Positions 51,448 through 63,169 of a stretch of 64,000 nt of DNA are shown in pieces. The DNA lies in assembly GCA_963514005.1 (NCBI GenBank), contig OY740802.1:32302001-32366000 (forward strand), in the 5' to 3' direction. The position numbers and the translations under genes are program-made. The notes beneath the pieces are model-generated. The model ran no database searches and was not told where the DNA came from. It was given only the letters and a program-made list of their open reading frames with translations. This DNA is from Raja brachyura (Eukaryota). Each line of letters opens with the position of its first letter. Within the stretch, counting starts at the first letter, position 1.

Positions 51448-52600
51448 CATAATGGAACACACATGATCTCAAAAAGGTTTTATATAAACTGACTATCATA
51501 TAAAGTTTTATCATTGCCACGCGGTTTTTATATTCAAAACCTTTAAAACTTTAGCTGATGGATATAAACATCAATCCCCATCAATTTGCCTGAAGGTTTT
51601 AAAAAATAGAAATTCCAGCATTGCTGATACTTAACAGTTTGCTAAAGCAGAATAAATTGGTAAGTTTGGATTCACATTACACTCAACGCCAGCTGTTCTA
51701 AAGAACCTTTTAAAAAAATCATTAGAATTCTGAACAATTATTGGGTGCACAAATATACCGACTTGATTAAACCAAAATTTTTACTTATTCCACCGCAGAA
51801 AAGCAAATATGGTTTCAACTTATATGCTGCAGCAAATTATCTTCATCAGGGTCTCTGGTGATTTAATACAGCTGTAAGGTAGACCATCAGAGAAATTTCA
51901 TATGGCATGAATCACCAAAATCCTGCCAGCAATTTGCATGCATTCAACCAGCATTCTCAAGTACACTTAAACCTTGGAACTTTCATTGCACCTATCAGCA
52001 TAAACACTTATCTTTCAAAATGAAGAGAAATTCTGTAAAAGTTATAATTAAACAGTTTACAAAAATGATACCAAGAACATTTTGTCCTCAAGAGTATTCC
52101 CTTGGTAACACTGAAACAGTGAAAACTGTATCCCTGGCACGTTATTTTAGCTCAACAAAAACCACTGCTACAGCTCCCAAACCTTTAACTCTTTTGCTGA
52201 CACAATGTAGTAAACTGCATTTCTGTCAGATGACCCGCAGATTGCATCAAACAATACTTAGGTCAGGATAGCTCCCTCCATTTTTGAGTTAATTATTACA
52301 ATGCGTTATCCACGTAGAATTCTGGGAATGAAAAACATGAAACGGGCTCTCCAAGGGACTTTGAACTAAAATAGAACACTGCAAACAAAAGCAGGACTTC
52401 AAAAGTCAGGCGGCAGAGCACTCATGACTCAATGCCATATGGAGTGGGTTATAATTAATGCAACAAACTGATGAAGGAGTGGAAATGCTTTAAAATTAAA
52501 CAGATGAGATTGCAGAAAATTGAGTAAGGGTGATTAAATGATCCCCTCCTGCATAATAATCCTGCATCAATGCTCCAAACATCCAGCACCACATCCCTTA

Positions 52601-53192
52601 AGGGCCTGTCCCACTTGGGCGTCATTTGCGCGACAAACTAAAAATTTGTTGCCGCATCGTGACTCCCACATGGCGCGTGGTGAGGCATGGTGGCGTATGC
52701 AGTGACACTCAAAATCATCGCGCGCCACCTGCGTGACGAATCCCTTGCGCACGCTGAGGTACTGATGGCTTACGCTGACGTAGTGACGGCTTACGCTGAC
52801 GTACTAATGGCGTACGTTTAGCGTGTGGTGACGCATGGTTAGGCACGGTGACACACAAACTTTGCCCATGGTAATTTGTTATGCTTCACCGTGCGTCAAC
52901 GTCCGTAACCATGCGCCGCCCGTACGCCGTCGGCGCGCCATTTGAGCATCGCACCACGTGACCACCCGGGTATAAAGCGCGTGTAGCTTTGAAAAATGTT
53001 CACCATGGTATTTTTGATTTTCACTGGGAAAATCCTTGCCACGGAGGTACGAACGACATCGCAAATGGCTCCCGAAGGGGGCAGGGCCCTCAGGGCGACA
53101 GTCTTACTGCTAGACAATTTTTGCACGACGGTTGTACGAACATCGCGCATCAGTCAATGCCGCGTAAATGGTGCCCAAGTGGGACAGGCCCT
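52601..53192. mobile_element. PIF/Harbinger MITE (592 bp, CpG-rich)
   Basis: 32-bp TIRs agggcctgtcccacttgggc... match at 29/32. TTA TSD on both sides. Internal tandem ggcttacgctgacgta. Confidence 0.9.
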
Positions 53193-53543
53193 TTACTCCC
53201 TCTGCTCCTCTACACCATACTTAGAATAAATCTTCAGCTGATACGTTGGAGGTCTTTTTCATTTCCAAATTTTATCCTTGATGTTTCTGCATTTCAACTG
53301 TTTTCCCCACATCCCCAACGATTGGCTTAAACAACATTAATCATGAACATCAATCTCAATTGCATTATCTTGTATGATGGAGGCAGCTCCAGATAGACTG
53401 GGGTCAAACATTCCTATGTATCCATTTCCATTATCCAAATTGCTACGGTAAATATTTGCAAGTTTTTTTAAACAATGTGGCAACAAATTGCGAATAGACT
53501 TTCTAGCAACAAGTTTGGAACCAGAACCTTTGTAAATTGAGAT

Positions 53544-53692
53544 GTTTAAGTTTAGTTTAAAAATACAACATGGAAACAGGACCTCTGGCCCACCGAGTCC
53601 ACACCAAGCATAGATCGCCCATTTACACTAGTTCTATATTGTCCAACTTTCACATTCACCTTTTACAGAGGCCAATTAACCTACAAACCTGT
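53544..53692 (-). mobile_element. HE1 SINE 3' fragment
   Basis: gtttagttt...catggaaacagg...gccaattaacctacaaacct. Confidence 0.75.
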
Positions 53693-53724
53693 GTGCACTT
53701 CACATGCAGATTAGCATGATTCGC

Positions 53725-54595
53725 AGTGGGCGGGCGCGACTCACGTTGCAGCGGCCCCTACAGCCCGTCTGTCTTTTTTTTTTTTTTTTTTTTGTCTAGT
53801 TAAATGTAGTTGTTCGTGTTTTTTTTTTGTATCGTGTTCCTAACTGTGTATGTGTGGGGGGTGGTGGGGGGGGGGGGGGAAACTTTACAATCTCTTCCCT
53901 GCACGGGAGACCCGACTTTTTTCCCTGTCGGGTCTCCGTTGTCGTCTGGGCCCAGCACAGCGGAGCGGCCTCCGACCGGGATGAGCTGCGGACTCACCAT
54001 CGTGGGGCTGGCCGGCCTCGGAGCGTGGGGAGCGGTGGTGGCTCGCCGCTGCAGCCCGACTCCGGGCTCCGGAACTCCGCGTGGGGAGCGGTGGTGGCTC
54101 GCCGCTGCGGCCCGACTCCGGGTGGACTGTGATATCGGGAGCTCGCGGGTCCGGGTGAGAGACCGCTCTCCGGAGCTCCCGCAACACAGCTTCTCCGGCC
54201 CGTGTCGCGGGGTTGGAGCGACCCGGAGCGGGGCCGTACATCGCCCGGCGCGGCTTCGGTGTCCGCGGGACATTCCAGCGCCCGCCGGGGGCTCCAACGC
54301 TCCAACGCTGTGCCTTTGACTTTGGGCCTAGAGTGGGGCAGTACATCACCCGGCCCGGGCCTGGGACTTGGCACCGCCCGCCTGCAGCTTCGACCTCAGG
54401 AGAGAAATGGTGCGGGGGAGAGAGAAGACTTTGCCTTCCATCACAGTGAGGAGGAGATCCACTGTGATGGATGTTTGTGTCAATTGAATTGTTTGTGTGT
54501 TTTTTTATGAATTGTTCTGGTTGTAGAAACGGAGTTTCGTTCGAGCCTCTCTGAGGTTCGAATGACAAGCAATAAAATCAAATCAAATCAAATCA
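53725..54595 (+). mobile_element. Young GC-rich non-autonomous retroelement with Rex1-type 3' end
   Basis: 3' end is tcgtt-hairpin-aatgacaa..aataaa-(atcaa)n, like the Rex1 tail at 57925-57983. High CpG, several stems, and a 44-bp internal direct repeat. Confidence 0.65.
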
Positions 54596-56184
54596 TTACT
54601 GGAACACCCAACAATGGCATTGTTACCGTAATGCACCAAAAGCTTCAATCTCCAACAGCCACCTTACCAGGTTCTCACCTGGTTCTAATCAACACCACCA
54701 GAATCAGTGTTTATGGTAATAACATCCTCACACTCGCTCACACAGATGCAATGAGCATTTCTGCTCCAAAGAAACATCACTCCACTCAACTAAGCCCAGC
54801 AGCATATCCTATTTTGCCACGTTAATCCAGTTTGCCCTTAAAAAAGCAACCTTTTAAAGTACTATGGACTCTACACCTTTCAGGCTTTGCTTTTCTAAGG
54901 GCATCAGCTCTTGTTCTGCATTCCAATCATGTAAATTATCAGTTCTGAGAGTATTCTACGAAATTTGAGGCTTTGCTGTATCCAAATCTTGTCAAACAAG
55001 GAAAACAGATATGCAGGAAGACAGTATGTTACAATTAGTAGAACAAATGTACAAAAATTAATGGACAGTCATGGGGTGGGGCTGTCAAATAGTAAAACCT
55101 CGGAGGTTAGGTGGAGGCGTAGTCAAAAAGGAGGATATTTTGCTGGTTTTGACAAGGATAGTAGTAAGAAAATGAAGGAATGTGTGTAGAAAATTTCAGA
55201 AATTTGAAGTACAGCAGCGAATCAAACACATTGTAGGAGGAAATAGAAAAATAAAATGTACAGTAAATCAGCAGATATGGGCATGAATACCTGCAAGGCC
55301 ATAAATATATTTGAAAACAAAATACTAACTTCATACTGGAGCACAGAAAGACACAGGACACAAGTTGGATATGGACAAGTGCAGTTTTGTGGAGGGTTTA
55401 AACAGGGAAGTTGGCAGAACATTGACGTTTTTTGGAGGTAAGTATTCTGGTAATGAAAATAAAATTGCAGAGTGACCCAAATGCTGTTAGTTAATACGAG
55501 GGGGGAAAAAGAGTGAATTCTCACACTTCAGTCAAGAAAGTTTATATTCTCCAAGTGAACAACTGGAAGTGCTGATAGAAATGAAACATAGTAATGCCAA
55601 TGCGGCAATATAGAGTCGGGGACATGTTTGGCCAGGGCCAGCAACTTGGTAATGTGGCAATAAAATTGGGTTGAAAAAAATCACAGTAAGTACTGTACAG
55701 CCAATCTCATTAGCACATTAATAGATACCATTTGTAAGGCACATATTTCTCTTTAGTTCCTCTAATGCAATATAATACCAGTCAAACTGCACTCCACTCC
55801 CCAAAAATTGCTTTGAATTGAATTTTAGAAAACAAAATAATAGTCATTATCATCATACCTGTAACATACTTTATTTGAAAACTCTCCCTTTATTCTTGTT
55901 TAATAATATCAATGTTCAAGATATATCATAAGACAATGAACATCTGCACGATGGTCGGCAATGCTTAGCTCGGCTGTGATACCCAGAGGGTGGTGCATCT
56001 TTGAAAATTACCCACAAGGACAGTGGAGGCTGTTACCAGTGCATCAGGACAGATATCAAATTATTTTTGTACTTTAAGAGAATCAAAGGAGAATCAAGGG
56101 TCGTTCAAGAAAGTGCAGCTGAACTAAAAAAAACTATGACATTACTGATAGGTGAAATAGGCACAAATGACCTTCTCTGGGTTT

Positions 56185-56280
56185 CAGGTTTCAGAGATAC
56201 AGCAAGGAAACCGGTCCTGTGGCCCACGCCAACCTTCGACCATTGACACTAGTTCTGTTATCCCATTTTCTCATCCTCTT
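56185..56280 (-). mobile_element. HE1 SINE 3' fragment
   Basis: agagatacagcaaggaaaccggtcc...acactagttctgttatccc. Confidence 0.6.
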
Positions 56281-56748
56281 CTAACAAGCTAGATTAATGC
56301 AATAACACAACAAATAAAGATACAATAATCAATAGTAAAGTACATTAATAATTAGTAGTGCTGGGTAACCAGACCATAATAGTGCAAAACTGAAGTACAG
56401 AGTGCAACCAAAACGTAGTAGATCATAGTTGTATGGAGTTCAAGTTGCAGGTTAGTGTTCAAGAGCGAGATGGCCACTGGGAAGGAGCTGTACTGGAACC
56501 TGGTGGTCACCATTTGCAGGCTCCTGTACTTTATTCCCCATGGTGGCAGTGAATTAAGAGCATGTGGATCTTTGCTGTCTTTTTGAAGCAGTGCTTCCTG
56601 TAGGTTCCTCCGATGGTGAGGAATTCACTACCCATGACTGACCGGGCAATATCTAGCACATTCTGCAGCCTCCATTCCAGGGGAGTCGTTACCAAACCAT
56701 GATGCAACCCATCAGTATGCCCTCTAATGTACCTTAGAGGTACCTTAT

Positions 56749-57983
56749 ATCTCTGTGGCTCTTCACATTGTCCTGACCCACCTGGAAAGACAGGGCACCT
56801 ACGTGAGGATGCTCTTCATTGACTATAGCTCTGCCTTCTATACGGTCATCCCCACCAAGCTCACCACCAAACTCCACCAACTAGGCCTCAGCTCACTGAT
56901 ATGCGATTGGATCCTGAATTTTCTGACTGAGCGACCGCAGGCAATTAGACTGGGGCCGCACCTGACTTCCACTATCACCCTGATCACACCACAGGGCTGT
57001 GTACTGAGCCCCATGCTCTACTGCCTCTTCACCCACGACTGTGTCCCTGCATTTGACAACAACACCATTGTCAAGTTTGCAGACGCCACAACGGTGATCG
57101 GGCTGATCACCAACGGTGATGAAACAAACTATAGAGCGGAGGTGCAGAACCTGGCGGACTGGTGCTCACGGAACAACTTGTCGCTAAACACCTCCAAGAC
57201 CAAGGAGCTGATTATCGACTTCAGGTGGTCACAGAATGGGGAATACGCCCCAATCTTCATCTACGGAGACAGTGTGGAGAGAGTGTCCAGCTTCAAGTTT
57301 CTGGGCACTCACATCTCAGAGGACCTCACATGGTCCACCAACACCGCTGCGCTGGTCAAAAAGGCACAGCAACGACTGTTCTTCCTAAGAACATTGAAAC
57401 GGACTGGTCTGCCCCAACAGCTGCTGACGACCTTCTACCGCTGCACCACAGAGAGCATACTAACGTATGGCATCTCTGTGTGGTATCTCAGCTGCACGGA
57501 GGCGGAGAGGAGAGCTCTTCAGCGCGTTGTCCACAGAGCGCAACAGATTATTGGGACACCGCTACCAGCCTTGGAGGGCATCTACCACACACGGTGCCTC
57601 AGGAAGGCCGTCAGCATACAAAAAGACTCTTCTCACCCTTGTAATGGACTGTTTGAACTACTCCCTTCCGGCAGACGTTACAAGGCCTTCTACGCCCGCA
57701 CCACCAGACTCAGGAACAGCTTCATTCCCAGAGCTATAGCGTCTCTGAACCGGCCCTGCTGAGTACCCCCCCACCCCAATGGACTGTCTACCCATGCCTC
57801 ACACTTTAGTCTGTGTTGATTTTACTGGTCAAATGTTCGTTTTTACAAACCTTGTTCTCGGGGTATTTAAACCTAAATTTTATTTGTCGATTAAGTTATG
57901 ACATCGGATGGAAGTTGCAAACCAAATCTCGTTGCACTTATGCTTAATGACAATAAAAGATATTATTATTATTATTATTATTA
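56749..57983 (+). mobile_element. Young 5'-truncated Rex1/Babar LINE with (att)n tail
   Basis: RT ORF, 3' UTR and (att)n at 57961-57983. ttagaggt at 56734-56741 and 57981-57988. Confidence 0.93.
56755..57762 (+). pseudogene. Rex1/Babar reverse transcriptase C-terminal part (335 aa, catalytically dead)
   Basis: [28 protein letters not shown] (FADD>FADA), [14 protein letters not shown]. No 5' part and no real start codon. Confidence 0.9.
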
Positions 57984-59664
57984 GAGGTGCAATAGGGTGT
58001 TCAACAAATCTTCTCAATCCTCGACGGAAGTAGAGGCGTTATTAGCTTTCTTTCTGACTGCATAGATGTACTGGCCCAGACGAATCTTCAGAGATAAGCA
58101 TGCCCTGTACCTGGAAATTATTACTCTCACCATTGCTATCCCATTGAAGAAGGCAGTTTCATGGCTTCTCTTCTGGAAGTCAACAATTGGTTTTGCTAAC
58201 ATTGAGCAAGATTGCTGTTCTGGAACCAGATTGTCAATCTCACTCCTGTACTCAGTCATCATTACCCAATATTCATCCAGCAAGGGTGGTATCATATGCA
58301 AATTTTAAATGGCACGGCACTGTAGTTGTGTTTGAGTACACAGTCATGGGTATAAAGAGATTAAAGAAGGGGCTGAGCACATAACCTTGAGATGCTCTAG
58401 TATTGATGGTTATCAAGGAGATAGCGTTGCCAATTCCTACAGATTGTGGTCTTCCAACAAGGAAGTTAAGGATTCAATGGCATAGGGATGAGCAGAGATC
58501 CAGCTCCAAGAGTTTGATGATAAGCTGAGAAGGGATGATGGTGTTGAACACCCAAGCTGTAATCAATGACCAACTGTCTGACGTAAGCACCAATATTGTC
58601 CAAGTGGTCTAGTGCAGAGTGGGGAGCCAGCAAGATCACGTCTCCATTTGATCTGTTGCGGCGGTAGGTGAATTGTAGTGGATCTAGGTCCTTACTAACA
58701 CAGGAGCTTATGTGCGCACCATAACCAACCTTCCAAAGCACTTCACCACAGACGTGAGTGCTACCAATTCATTGAGGCACAGCACCTTGCTCTTCTTTGG
58801 CACTGGTATTATTGATGGCCTTTTAAAGCACGTTGGGACCTTAGACTTTAGTAGTGAGAGGTTGAAGATGTCTGCGAAAACTCTAGCCATTTGGTCTGCG
58901 CAAGGTACAACCGTTGTTCTCCCTTTCAAAGTGAGCATAAATGCATTGAGCTCATCCAAGAGCTGTCACTTGGTTTTGCTTTAAAGGAAGAATTGGCAAA
59001 CAAGCTCTGTAACAGCTGGCAGTCTGAATGATCCTCCAGTTCAAGCCAAAAGTCTGTTTTCTCGATAGCCTTAGAGGTTGTGCCTAGTCCACTTAGATAA
59101 CCCTGCATTAGACTTGACCTAGTCCTCAGTAGATTGGGAATCTCGTGGCTGATCCAAGGCTTCTGGTTAGGGAACACACTCTTCCGCACATAATGTATGT
59201 GGTACATGCCTTCAGGTCAGTTGCCAAATCCTTGAACATCACCCAGACGACCAATGCCAAGCAGTCAAAAAATTTCTCCTCTGGCTCCTCGAACTAGGTC
59301 GGTTCCTCACCACTGGAACTGTGCTCTTCAGTTATTGCCTATACACAGAAAAAAGGATCATAGCCAGGTGATCAGTTTTTCCAAAATTAGGGCAAAATAT
59401 ATAACGACCTTTGATGGTGTTGGAGTAGTCGTCGAGATAACTGCAGGAAACATACAAGTGGTAGTTTGGAAATTAACTAGCCTCGTTGAAGTACCTGTCT
59501 ACGAAGGTGAACGTGTCAGGGTAAGTGTTCTGGTATTTCTTGACCATGGAGTTTAACTCAAGCGCTATCTGAACATTTGTCCGGGGCGGGATGTAGATTG
59601 CAGTCGTAATGAAGGAGGCGAATTCCCTTGGGAGTAGAAGGGTTGGCACTTCACCGTTAGATGT

Positions 59665-59995
59665 CTAGATGTTTTCACGGCAATGCACCAAATCTTTTAC
59701 CAGTGTAGAGGAATCAAGAACCAGAGGACATAGATTCCAGCTAAGAGAAGTAATATTTAATAGGAACCCAAAGAGCACAAAGGGGGTGATGGGTATATGG
59801 AATGAGCTGCCAGAGATTGTAGTTGAGACAGGTACTTACTATAACAAAGTTTAAAATACATTTGGACAGGTACATGGATAGGAAAGGTTTAGAGATAGGG
59901 GCCAAACCTGGGCAGATGGGACTAGTGTGGATGGGGCATCTTGGTCAGCATGGGCAAGTTGGGCTGAAGGGCCTGTTTCCGTGCTGTATATCTCC
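59665..59995 (+). mobile_element. HER1 LINE 3' end
   Basis: SRTRGHRF...VMGIWNELPEIVVE, then tail gaagggcctgtttccgtgctgtat shared with HE1. Confidence 0.8.
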
Positions 59996-60679
59996 ATGAG
60001 TATGTTTCAGGTGTGATGAGGAGCAGGACAAGACTTCATTGTCTGAGCACCACAAAGATTTTATTATAGAACAGATGCCATTGCCTCTCCATTTACCTGA
60101 TAATGCCGTCCAGCCCATGAGATGGATCATGCCACCTTTGTGGATAACTCAGAACGAGCATGCCTCTGTGTAACAAAGTACACAGTATTCCTTCAAGTCC
60201 TTTTGTTAAAACAGTATTGCCCTGTAGACTAGATGGGGCAAAATATACCCGACGACTCAGTCGTTTGTGCAGAGCTATGTTCCTTCCCCTGATTTTCCTG
60301 TGTGCTCTTGAGGTTCCTTGTGGCTTCCTGCATGTTCCCGTTTCATTTTAAGCAGCCATGGTCCCTAGATTTATAGGAGTCAGCGAACAACCCTGCCATC
60401 CATTCAGGAAATACTCACTTTTCTTACCATGCATCTATCTGATAATTTCCTCCCACCATAAAGTTCAGAATGGAGTCCATTACTGCAATTTGGCATGGGA
60501 GATCATGACAGAAGCCTCCTCGTGGCGATCCCTGGAAGCGACGGCGTGATGCACACTCTGTGACTCGTTGGGCCACAATTCTGTCAACAGGTTGGATGAC
60601 GACAGAAGTCAACAGCGAGCTACATCGTCTGACACACAAGCGAACACGGTATCTGGCATACGAATGAGCACCTACCCAA

Positions 60680-61900
60680 CAAATTCCAGGGCTTTAGTGT
60701 TGGTGCAATGAAAAACTGAGATTAGTTGGTTTGTTATCTCAATGCATTTGAGGGTTATGGCAAAATTGGTATTGGTGATATCCCTCCAGCGCATTTTCTA
60801 CTTACCGTAGGTAAACCGTTTCAGGACACATTTGAGTGCAAAATCGCTACCTCCTGTTGCTCAAGGGTGTTTTGCTGGGTTGTGGGTGTTGATTTTCATA
60901 TTTCCTTGCTAAACTGACTGGAAGGCCATGCTGAATTTCATCAATGATGTCTGCCTTTGCTGTGAGATGGTATCCAAGAGATGGGAAGTAGTCCATGTTT
61001 TCCTAGAGTTTCCACGTGAAACTTTTGTTGTCAGAGGTTGGTTTTGTACTAAAGGGGCAGGTGACTGAAGAACCTGCGACCTGCAAATATTCAGTGTAAA
61101 GTCTATTCTTTTGTAAGTTTTAGTGAATATTGTTAAATCAGTCAGTCTTAGAACATGCACATAGTTTTACACCGGTGGAAATCTTGGAGCCATTGTGTGG
61201 AATTGTGTTCAGAAAAATTGAAAGAGTTTTGGGGCAATGACACAGCCTTGCTTGAGATTGCTCCACAATTGTGAACCCAGAGTTAGGATTGTGACTTGCA
61301 TGTCATCATGAAGCTAGCACAGGTGTGGAAACTCCAATCAAAGAAGTTGCTTCATAGTCCCGCCCAGTTAACAAGACTCAAAATCATTGGTGACTTCAAA
61401 GACAAGCTTTACTTTAATTTAGAGATACAGCATGGAAACAGGCCTGTCGGCCCACAAAGTCCGTGCTGACCATCGATAACTAATTCTATCTTATCCCTCT
61501 TTCTCATCCACTCCTTACACATTTGGGACAATTTGCAGAAGCCAATTAACCTACAAACCCACACATCTTTGAGGTGTCACACCCCATGCAGTCACATGGA
61601 GAACGTGTCAACTCTACACAGACAGCACCAGAGGTCGGGATCGAACCCAGGTTTATGATGCTGTGAGACAGCAACTCTACTAGCTACACTACTGTGCCCC
61701 CCTCAAGATATGGACAGTGCTTCTCCCTGGATTTCTCTTGCGATCATTGTAGTGAACACCATGCTTTTTGATGGACAGAATCTAAAACACCATGCAGGCA
61801 GCAGCCCTTTGGCTACTGGATGAACACAGTGACTTTCCACATAACATACAAGAGATATCCTTGTAGTTACCAGATTCAGTCGTCTACATTTTTGAAGATT
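60680..61900 (-). mobile_element. Decayed RTE-clade LINE RT fragment, interrupted by HE1
   Basis: ENMDYFPSLGYHLTAKADIIDEIQH, KQGCVIAP, LHDDMQVT and QEKSRE motifs on the reverse strand. Confidence 0.7.
61408..61700 (-). mobile_element. HE1-type V-SINE
   Basis: agagatacagcatggaaacaggcc tail; gatcgaaccc is the reverse B box. Confidence 0.85.
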
Positions 61901-61921
61901 GTATTAAGTACGAGGAAACAT

Positions 61922-62046
61922 AGAACAAAGAACTGCAGATGCTGGTTTACACCAAAGATACAAAGTGCTGAAGTAACTCAGCGGGTCAGGCAGCATCTCC
62001 AGAGAAAAAGGATGGGCGACATCTCATGTACGACCCTTCTTCAGCC
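61922..62046 (-). mobile_element. PLE-terminal fragment
   Basis: gaactgcagatgctggttt...gtaactcagcgggtcaggcagcatctc...cgacccttcttcag. Confidence 0.8.
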
Positions 62047-63169
62047 AATGAGACCCTCTGATGTGAACAAGGAAATTGTGGATTTGTAATTAAGTCTCGT
62101 CAGTGGAAGCAAGACTGGCCAATTAGGCATGCCTCATGTAAAGGACAGACATGGCTGTGGTCTTCAAAGCTTACTGCAACTGCTGATTTCCCTTCTGCCT
62201 TTGTTCAGTTCACCTTTCATGTAATGAGGTGGGTCCTTGATTATTTCTCTTGTACTTTGTCCTAACAGCAACGAAGAACCAGCTCACACCATGGGTATCT
62301 TTCATTCCTCAGATCCCCACAGATCTATATATTTGCCCCCCACCACAAATAACTAGGGTGTCCAATCCTACAATGGTAGGGTCTCAAATCCAAAAATGCT
62401 TCACAGTTTGAGATAATCAGCTTTTTGATCAGCAGGTCCTCTTTATCACAATAGTCCCGATTCACCTTTGTAGTGTGCTGCAAAGAGAGAGAGAGACGTG
62501 GAATCCACCATCCTTACCTGATCTGGTCTACGTGCAACTTAATTGTCTTCTCAGTTGGGGAGCAATTTGGTGGAGAAGTTAGGGATTTTCAATAATGCCA
62601 ACTTTGCCGGTGATATACACATCCTGTAATCAAATAAAAACTCAATTAACGAAAGGTCAGAATATTATTGAATGTTATAAATAAGGTATGAAATTTCTGG
62701 CGTTTGCAAATTCTGAACTCAAACTTCGAAGAACTCTTCATAAATGGATGGGTTTTTGAAATCAATCATATTTCTGGCATCCAACAAGGCTATGAAGTCT
62801 TACAGCTACACTTTGCTATTGACTACAGAAGTACATTGCATCTGCTTTAAAAGCACACTTACAAACCAAAGCATGACTCAGAATTATATTCAGAATTGAC
62901 AGAATTGGATACCAGAGCCTCAAGAGAGTAAATATTGCTTTAAGTTATCATTTTTTCTTCTCCACCAAATTGGAAACAGGGCAGAACTACCCTACCTGAA
63001 GCCAGTAACTACAGGGCTGTACAATTGTCAGAAGCCCTGGATAATGGTCTACTCTTTCCAGTATCTATTACCCCAGAAATTATACGGTTACTGTTACTTA
63101 TCCAGCTCTCTGTCCATTATAACTGCTGACACTGCATTTCAGACCTTAAACATTTGCTGTGTAAATGTC

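Larger units (their letters stand above)
56290..59665 (-). mobile_element. Older Rex1/Babar LINE (APE and RT remnants), split by a younger Rex1 insertion
   Basis: [58 protein letters not shown], and APE-region REFASFITTAIYIPP. Confidence 0.85.

Noticed and set aside
53800-54568. Overlapping 100-227 aa ORFs on both strands
   Set aside because: Artefact of very high GC (few stops). The peptides are low-complexity Arg/Pro/Gly/Ala with no recognisable domain.
56755-57762. 335-aa ORF as a host gene
   Set aside because: It carries Rex1/Babar RT motifs, is 5'-truncated, and has a retrotransposon tail and TSD.
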